This document shows, one piece after another, positions 33,581-38,805 of a stretch of DNA of 38,805 nucleotides. Within the stretch, counting starts at the first letter, position 1. Every line of letters begins with the position of its first letter. The stretch lies in the IMG/VR virus record IMGVR_UViG_3300047565_000335, positions 1 through 38,805 of that record, one strand, 5' to 3'. Made by a program: the position numbers and the translations under genes. This DNA is from a virus. Lineage: Duplodnaviria; Caudoviricetes. Below the pieces are notes generated by a model that had not been told where the DNA came from, did no database searches, and worked only from the letters and a program-made list of their open reading frames with translations.

Positions 33581-35081
33581 GCTCTAAATAAATGTCGTAT
33601 TCAGGGAAGTAGTAATTAGCCCAATCTTTTTCTACTTGGGTAATCTCTTCGCCAGCTTTTGCTCGGCGTGATAAATCTTTCCAATCCATTCGCGCCCAAG
33701 CTCTTTTTGTGGGTTTTCCATCTAGGCCGCAGTATGTTTTTTCGGCTGAATCTTGGGTGATTTTTATGGCTGTGCCCACCATTTCTTCTTGAGGTTTTGA
33801 CCGCCATTTGTCGGCATATTTCAGCACCCGATCGGGGGAGTCTACCAGCCAAGGCAGGTTTCTATTTCCAAACCCTGGTGTGGTATGCCAGTCCGAGCTA
33901 CTGACCCAGAGGGTGGCGCTGGCGATTACCAGCAAGAATTCTTCTTCAGGATTGGGCACCTCGTCGCTGACTAGCCGCCGGAATATTTTGTCCAAACTCA
34001 TGTACAGAACACTGCTGGGAGACTGCGGGGCGGTACCCCAGCTAGAGTGACGGGCTTGGCTGTAGGCCGCGATCGCTTGGTCTAGTAGCGGTTTACGGCT
34101 TTTCCAGCTGCCAGAAATCTTGAAGCGATCGCCCAGTGGATCTGCTCCGCCGCTAAATCGGGCTGTAAGACCGCTTGAACTTGGGCTAATAGGTTTTGGT
34201 ACTTCGGCAGGGGTGAAGGCGGCTTCTACCCCCGAAATTTTGGCGGCGGCTGGCGGAATATTTGTCTCTTCAAGATTTGAATTGCTTGTAGAGGATTTCT
34301 GGGTTGTTTCTGCTGGGCTGCTTAGATTTTGTTCTGAGTTCCGGAAAGTCTGTGCCTGTGTGCCTATGGGTTGGCTCGGACAGTCCTGTAAGGCTGTTTC
34401 CGGTTCCGGATTCTGGTAGGTCGTTGCTTTGCGAAGCGGCTCTATGTCGGTATCTTGCCCTCTGTCAGTGGCTGTTTCCGGATTTTCCGGTTCAAAAGAT
34501 TTTGAATCACATAAATACCCGCGCGCGCCTTCCGGATTCGTGTTTCGTGGATCTAATTCTTCTTTATATAATTCAGGGGATCTAATTTGTGGATCTGTGT
34601 GATCTACCCCCGGATCTGTGTGATCTACCCCCGGATCTGTGTGATCTACCCCCGGATCTGTGTGATCTACCCCCGGATCTGTGTGATCTATGTTCGGTAG
34701 CTCACGCAGATCTACCTTTTTTGATTCATCCGTACTAAAGACCCATTCGCTGGGCGGAGTCAATGTATAAAGAGCTGTGGTTCCTGGTCGCTTGGTTTTC
34801 TTGATGAGATTTTTTGATAACAAACTCCGAGAAGTTCGCTTGATGGTTCCAGCACTCATCTTGGTTTCGATCGCCATGTGATCAATCGATTCCCAACATT
34901 TTCCATCTACCGATCCCGCTCGTTTCATGATTTGCGCGTACAGCTTAAATTCATGTGGAGTTAATAAATTTACTAACTCGGCATCAATTTGCACAAAAGG
35001 GCGACAAGAATCGTTTCTAACTTCTCTTTTGCGACCTTGATAATTTGGATTGCTTCGATTATTTCTTTCAGGATTAGACAT
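33567..35081 (-). CDS. Phage replication initiator (lambda O-like, N-terminal wHTH, internal iterons)
   Basis: L...EFKLY......G.CW.S...MA....MS..TI.R....L....LI; repeat-containing linker; likely start ATG 35081. Confidence 0.8.
   Translation of the reverse strand: MSNPERNNRSNPNYQGRKREVRNDSCRPFVQIDAELVNLLTPHEFKLYAQIMKRAGSVDGKCWESIDHMAIETKMSAGTIKRTSRSLLSKNLIKKTKRPGTTALYTLTPPSEWVFSTDESKKVDLRELPNIDHTDPGVDHTDPGVDHTDPGVDHTDPGVDHTDPQIRSPELYKEELDPRNTNPEGARGYLCDSKSFEPENPETATDRGQDTDIEPLRKATTYQNPEPETALQDCPSQPIGTQAQTFRNSEQNLSSPAETTQKSSTSNSNLEETNIPPAAAKISGVEAAFTPAEVPKPISPSSSGLTARFSGGADPLGDRFKISGSWKSRKPLLDQAIAAYSQARHSSWGTAPQSPSSVLYMSLDKIFRRLVSDEVPNPEEEFLLVIASATLWVSSSDWHTTPGFGNRNLPWLVDSPDRVLKYADKWRSKPQEEMVGTAIKITQDSAEKTYCGLDGKPTKRAWARMDWKDLSRRAKAGEEITQVEKDWANYYFPEYDIYLEHEDI
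34591..34690. repeat. 21-bp tandem iterons, about 4.8 perfect copies; probable replication origin
   Basis: GGATCTGTGTGATCTACCCCC at 34591, 34612, 34633 and 34654, partial at 34675; adjacent AT-rich patch at about 34553-34590. Confidence 0.85.
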
Positions 35082-35245
35082 TTTCAAAATTCCATCTAAA
35101 TTGATTAATTTCTTGGTCAAACCGAGTTGCTTAAAATCCACACATTTAAAAGTTTTGCAGTGGATTTATTAGCACTCGGCCAAAATACTTAAAGCTGCTG
35201 TTTCAGCCTTATGGCGCAAGACGCGGGGCATCTTGCGCGTTACCG

Positions 35246-35395
35246 TCAGAAAAGAGATTTGTCGATTAGTTTGTTTAGTTGCTCGTCGGGCAACGTTGAC
35301 AGATAATCAATGCGATCGCGGCATTTGGCATCTCTTTCGGCAATCTGTTGCTGTCTTGTAACCTTTGATGTGACTTTTGGTGACTTATCGCGCAT
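35246..35395 (-). CDS. 49-aa ORF (MRDKSPKVTSKVTRQQQIAERDAKCRDRIDYLSTLPDEQLNKLIDKSLF)
   Basis: ATG-TGA frame in the early leftward leader; contains a HIP1 site. Confidence 0.4.
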   Translation of the reverse strand: MRDKSPKVTSKVTRQQQIAERDAKCRDRIDYLSTLPDEQLNKLIDKSLF

Positions 35396-35550
35396 AATGG
35401 GGTTACACCTGCTTTAGCGATACTTGACAGCACAACAGGCCATACCAGTTTTGCGGTGGCACATCACCACTCGCTCTCTCGGTGGTAGGAACCCGGTAAA
35501 AGGCACGAAAAAAGCCCAGCAGGTATACTGCTAGGTAATGAAATTGTTGC

Positions 35551-35592
35551 TTTGTAATCAGCCGGTCGGGAGTTCGAGTCTGTCCACCAGCT
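35551..35592 (+). pseudogene. 3' half of a tRNA-Thr(UGU)-like gene (att-core-like relic)
   Basis: TTTGTAATCAG-CCGGTC-GGGAGTTCGAGTCTGTC-CACCAGCT gives anticodon loop, T arm and acceptor 3' strand; no matching 5' half upstream. Confidence 0.65.
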
Positions 35593-35643
35593 TTGAATGT
35601 TTTGATTTTTATTGGGAGGTTATTGATTTTCATAATTTGAAAT

Positions 35644-35679
35644 AAGAATCCCCCGTTTTAAAGCGGCGGAGTGCGTCAG
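35644..35679 (+). mobile_element. Degenerate IS200/IS605-type right-end hairpin relic
   Basis: AAGAATCCCCCGTTTTAAAGCGGCGGAGTGCGTCAG resembles GAATCCCCG..TTTA.GCGGGGAG..TGTCAA ends. Confidence 0.4.
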
Positions 35680-35735
35680 TTAGAGTGGCCGATCTTTAAG
35701 CTTGCTGGCTATCAGATGATCGGCTTCTTAATATA

Positions 35736-35818
35736 TTTATAACACGGTATGCCCGTGCAGACAAGTACTTGCTAAAAAGTTTACTTTCTTGGCATCTACA
35801 ATATGACCGTGCTAGGCT
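35736..35818. promoter_or_regulatory. Divergent sigma70-type promoters with CCGTG operator elements in their spacers
   Basis: Leftward TTGTCT-17-TATAAA (35764-35736) containing the palindrome CACGG-N5-CCGTG; rightward TTGGCA-18-TAGGCT (35789-35818) containing CCGTGC. Confidence 0.55.
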
Positions 35819-35846
35819 TAAATTAGTTTAATAGATACTGTAACTT

Positions 35847-36110
35847 ATGGAAAGTACAAAAAATAACCCTAGATACAAGGGATTAACATCTTATAAGAAA
35901 CCCTCTGATGCTACTACCGACGAGCCAGCCAGGAAGGTTACAGTGTCTCTTTATCCACTGGCAATCAATCAGTTAGAGGGGCTAAGAACGATGGTAGGAA
36001 TGGAAGGCCGATCGCAACTAGTTCGTGCTGCCCTTGCATTTGCAGATAATCATCAATCAGAATTCATTGAATATTTGGCCGCTGCCAACTCCGAAGTAAA
36101 AGCTGGGTAA
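35847..36110 (+). CDS. Ribbon-helix-helix (CopG-like) regulator
   Basis: KVTVSL....NQLE.L....G...RSQLVRAAL. Confidence 0.7.
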   Translation: MESTKNNPRYKGLTSYKKPSDATTDEPARKVTVSLYPLAINQLEGLRTMVGMEGRSQLVRAALAFADNHQSEFIEYLAAANSEVKAG

Positions 36111-36282
36111 AATTCAGCCAAGAAAATTTAGAAAGCCAAGCTGAAACCGCACCAATCTTGTGATCGTTCGTCAGCCTGTCAAATTCTAAATTCAGCCAAC
36201 TGTCCCAAACAGTTGGTATATAAAGCCTTGAGTAGTTCCAAGGCTTAATTTTTGGCTGAAAACCAGAGTAAATTATCAGCCA
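36109..36282. other. attP-like site: TCAGCCA arm-type repeats flanking inverted-repeat cores
   Basis: AAATTCAGCCA at 36110 and 36188, inverted TGGCTGAA at 36253, TCAGCCA at 36276; AAGCCTTG-N8-CAAGGCTT (36223-36246); CCAACTGT-N5-ACAGTTGG (36196-36216); directly upstream of the integrase. Confidence 0.55.
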
Positions 36283-36346
36283 TTCCTATCTCTACTAAGC
36301 TGTTTCAAACTGCTTTAATGGAGCCTAAAGCAAGAAAGGCGATCGA

Positions 36347-37456
36347 ATGCCCCTAGTTAAAATAAATCTCAAAATATCTAATGGGCGCTGCCAGCTGCAC
36401 TTCACTCACCAGGGCAAACCATATTATTTTTCCCCTGGCTTCCCGGACACGCCAGAAGGCCGCGCTTATACCCAGCTACTGGCCTCCAGAATTCAGGACG
36501 ACATTTTAAAAGATCGGTTTACCGACCTGGCCACTTACCGCCAGACCAAGAAAACCGCCCCGGCCACTGAGCCGCTGCCACCAGCCAGCCTTGCTAAGCT
36601 GTGGCCAGCTTATTTGGATTATTTACGGCCACAAAGGTCGCCCTCCACCATGGGCACCCAGTTCAAATGGCAGACCCAAATTTTAGACAGATGCCCGTTT
36701 GACCTTGACCAAGCGCCCAAGATTAGGGACTGGGCGCTAGAAAACCACACCCCAGACAGCGCTAAGCGGCTAATCGTGGCGTTGGGGGCTTGCTGTCGCT
36801 GGGCAGTATCTAGCCAGCTGCTGGCGGATAACCCGTTTGAGGGCATCAAAATCGAACTACCCAAAAAAGAGCGGGTTCAGATCGACCCTTTTACGGCGGA
36901 AGAGCGCGATCGAATCATTAATGCGATCGGCAGCAGCCCCAAGTGGGATTATTACCAGCGAGTAGTCCAATTCCTGTTTTTTACCGGGTGCCGGATATCA
37001 GAAGCGATCGCCCTGGAGTGGTCGCACATTGCCAATGATGGGCAGTTCTTAATTTTTGAGCAAGCCGCCGTTACCGATGAGCTGGGCAGGATGCGGATTA
37101 AGCCAGGACTCAAGCGGCAGCAAAAACGCAAAATCCCACTTAGCGATCGGGTGCGGAATTGTTTGGGCGATCGACAAGAAGGCTTAGTATTTCCCGCGCC
37201 GCGCACTGATGGCCTGATTGACCTCGGCAGTAATTTCGCCCAAAGAACCTGGCGACCAGCCCTTAGAGCCGCCTCGGTAGAGTACCGCAATCTTTACAAC
37301 TGCCGTCACACATTTATTACCCTGGCCATGCGCGGTGGTGGCGGCAGGTCGGGCTTGTCGGTGCAGGACGTGGCTAAGCTAGTAGGCAATTCCCCGGAGA
37401 TAATTTATCGGCATTACGCTGGGACTATGGTTGATCTGAGCTTGCCGGATTGGTGA
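36347..37456 (+). CDS. int: Tyrosine integrase (cyanobacterial type with N-terminal arm-binding domain)
   Basis: TGCRISE (R), GLK, YNCRHTF, VGNS, RHYA (Y). Confidence 0.93.
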   Translation: MPLVKINLKISNGRCQLHFTHQGKPYYFSPGFPDTPEGRAYTQLLASRIQDDILKDRFTDLATYRQTKKTAPATEPLPPASLAKLWPAYLDYLRPQRSPSTMGTQFKWQTQILDRCPFDLDQAPKIRDWALENHTPDSAKRLIVALGACCRWAVSSQLLADNPFEGIKIELPKKERVQIDPFTAEERDRIINAIGSSPKWDYYQRVVQFLFFTGCRISEAIALEWSHIANDGQFLIFEQAAVTDELGRMRIKPGLKRQQKRKIPLSDRVRNCLGDRQEGLVFPAPRTDGLIDLGSNFAQRTWRPALRAASVEYRNLYNCRHTFITLAMRGGGGRSGLSVQDVAKLVGNSPEIIYRHYAGTMVDLSLPDW

Positions 37457-38042
37457 CATTTATCCAATTCCAGGCAGTCGAGATCGAAATCTGATACTTT
37501 TTGGCCAGCGCCTCATAAGTCCAGCCACCCGCCGCATAGTCGGTTTTCACTCCCAACATCCGCTTAGTATTGGCTCTGGCCACTGGTTGGCCTTGATGGC
37601 GGCAGTGGCAGCAAAAGTAAGTTTTAGTTAGTTTTTGCTCGACAAAAGACCTTTTGCCACAGTTCGGACAGCTGCGATTCTCGCCTTTGATTTTTCTGGG
37701 TTTTGGTGTTAGCCTTGCCCGACTGGCTGACCAACACAAATTATCAGCGCGGCAATTGTTCTGGTCGCCGTCTTTGTGCCGAACATTTGCAAACTTGTTA
37801 GGGTTTGGTACAAATGCCCTGGCTACTAGGACATCAACAGAAAAGGTTTTAGAAGTGCCATCGCAAATTGTCACCGACACTTTGCCACTGGGCAATACGT
37901 TGTTCTTGCGGATGCTTTCCTGAACGAGCCGCCTGCCAGAGCTAGCACCTACCCAACGTTTTAGAGTTTTGATTCGGCCAAAGCTGGAGATTTCGTAAGT
38001 AGATTCCCAGCCCTCGATCGGCTTCCAAATTTCTTCAATCAT
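37425..38042 (-). CDS. NUMOD4-HNH homing endonuclease-like protein with zinc ribbon and C-terminal HTH
   Basis: EIWKPIEGWE..YEISSFGRIK; LVARAFVPNP....VRHKDGD..NC..DNL; CPNC..CCHC; likely start ATG 38042. Confidence 0.85.
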   Translation of the reverse strand: MIEEIWKPIEGWESTYEISSFGRIKTLKRWVGASSGRRLVQESIRKNNVLPSGKVSVTICDGTSKTFSVDVLVARAFVPNPNKFANVRHKDGDQNNCRADNLCWSASRARLTPKPRKIKGENRSCPNCGKRSFVEQKLTKTYFCCHCRHQGQPVARANTKRMLGVKTDYAAGGWTYEALAKKYQISISTAWNWINVTNPASSDQP

Positions 38043-38574
38043 TGGCCTGGTTCCGGTATTTAGCAAAATTGGCAAATATCCGATCGAGTAGTTCATTGCT
38101 CACTCCAGCTTCAAAGCAGCTTCTTTGCAACCAGTTATCGGTTTCAGCCCCTTCAGCCGCAGCAAATAGATTCAAAGCAATGCTTTGAGCTTCATCTAAT
38201 CCAAAACTAAGAGGGCGACCTGGTATCCAGCTAATGCTTACCAATGGGGCCTGAGTTTTTGCCCCAAAAATTGGTGACATCCCATCCAATTCTTCATAGC
38301 CTCTACCCGATCGAATGGATTGCAAGAGTCCATAAAAAGCCGCCGCCGCTTGGTCGGCATCAGCTTCTTCTTTGTCTGTCAAGAGTAGGCTGGTCATGGT
38401 ACTGGCCGCGTTAGCTTCTACCGCCGCAGTTGCCGCCACCAGCATCAGCCGATTAGCCCTATTCCGGGCTTCTTTTGGGATCAGGATTTCTGTCCAATCC
38501 CCAAAGCTGCATTCAACTACGTTGGTGTCACCAGGTTCGAGATAAACCGATCGGCATAAAAACTGGTCACTCAA
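38035..38574 (-). CDS. Hypothetical phage protein with two EA...A..L...A..A.. repeats
   Basis: Likely TTG start at 38574 after an AAGGAG-like sequence, overlapping the upstream stop. Confidence 0.6.
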   Translation of the reverse strand: MSDQFLCRSVYLEPGDTNVVECSFGDWTEILIPKEARNRANRLMLVAATAAVEANAASTMTSLLLTDKEEADADQAAAAFYGLLQSIRSGRGYEELDGMSPIFGAKTQAPLVSISWIPGRPLSFGLDEAQSIALNLFAAAEGAETDNWLQRSCFEAGVSNELLDRIFANFAKYRNQAND

Positions 38575-38803
38575 CGCCTTCTTTCTCCTTAATCCACTGC
38601 TGATGTTCCGCTGGTTCCGCGCGGTGCAATGCCCAGTTAAACAGAGATTCGGAAAAATAGCGATAGGTTCTGAGACCATACCGGACATAATGCACACCTT
38701 CGGTCAAATCGCCCCGATGGCGCAGCCTTGCTAGGTAACTGAGACTCAGAGCGACCGATTCCGCCGCCTCGATCGGGCGCAATAGCTGGCCAAACTTATG
38801 CAT
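38567..38803 (-). CDS. Excisionase-like MerR/HTH DNA-binding protein
   Basis: LLRP.EAA....LS...L..LR..G.L.EGVHY.......RY......W. Confidence 0.7.
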   Translation of the reverse strand: MHKFGQLLRPIEAAESVALSLSYLARLRHRGDLTEGVHYVRYGLRTYRYFSESLFNWALHRAEPAEHQQWIKEKEGVE

Positions 38804-38805
38804 AA

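Larger units (their letters stand above)
1..38805. mobile_element. Temperate phage/prophage of a cyanobacterium (Mu-like head, long non-contractile tail, tyrosine integrase, lambdoid replication); ends not visible in window
   Basis: Ordered tail, head, packaging, lysis, recombination, replication and integration genes; abundant HIP1 (GCGATCGC) sites; no host housekeeping gene seen. Confidence 0.93.

Noticed and set aside
34591-34690. CRISPR array or protein repeat domain
   Set aside because: Head-to-tail repeats without spacers inside an initiator linker fit iterons
35510-35595. Complete tRNA gene
   Set aside because: No 5' acceptor strand (GCTGGTG) or D arm upstream; only the 3' half is present
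35403-35633. 76-aa ORF in the track
   Set aside because: Its AGGQTRTPDRLITKQ segment is the antisense translation of the tRNA fragment, a common false ORF; it may not be a real gene

Overview
This window is almost entirely a temperate phage or prophage of a cyanobacterium, judged from frequent HIP1 GCGATCGC/CGATCG sites and a cyanobacterial-type tyrosine integrase. From left to right it holds: an intact IS607 element (TnpA serine recombinase, TnpB and a putative omegaRNA) inserted at a GG inside a hairpin; a minus-strand siphovirus-type tail module with a 1496-aa tape measure and no sheath; a Mu-like head module (gp37, gp36, capsid, decoration, I-type protease/scaffold, gpG, MuF, DUF935 portal, gp28-like TerL, TerS); scattered lysis genes; Bet recombinase; a cytosine MTase; lambda O/P-like replication genes with GATC-rich iterons; a divergent promoter switch with an RHH regulator; an attP-like site; integrase; NUMOD4-HNH; and an excisionase-like gene. 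The most unusual part is 19140-25580. The Mu-gp29-type portal appears split: its core is fused to a Cys4 motif plus a ParB-like domain, and its apparent C-terminal helical domain sits in a separate ORF. A JAB-domain protein and a MuF-zincin fusion, each followed by a small ORF, lie in the same block. Each cargo domain is preceded by an A-[EKQN]-F motif that also recurs five times in the protease scaffold, and two cargos begin with the same 26-aa module. This suggests a modular system of virion-packaged effectors released by the prohead protease. All family calls come from motifs recognised by eye, with no database searches.
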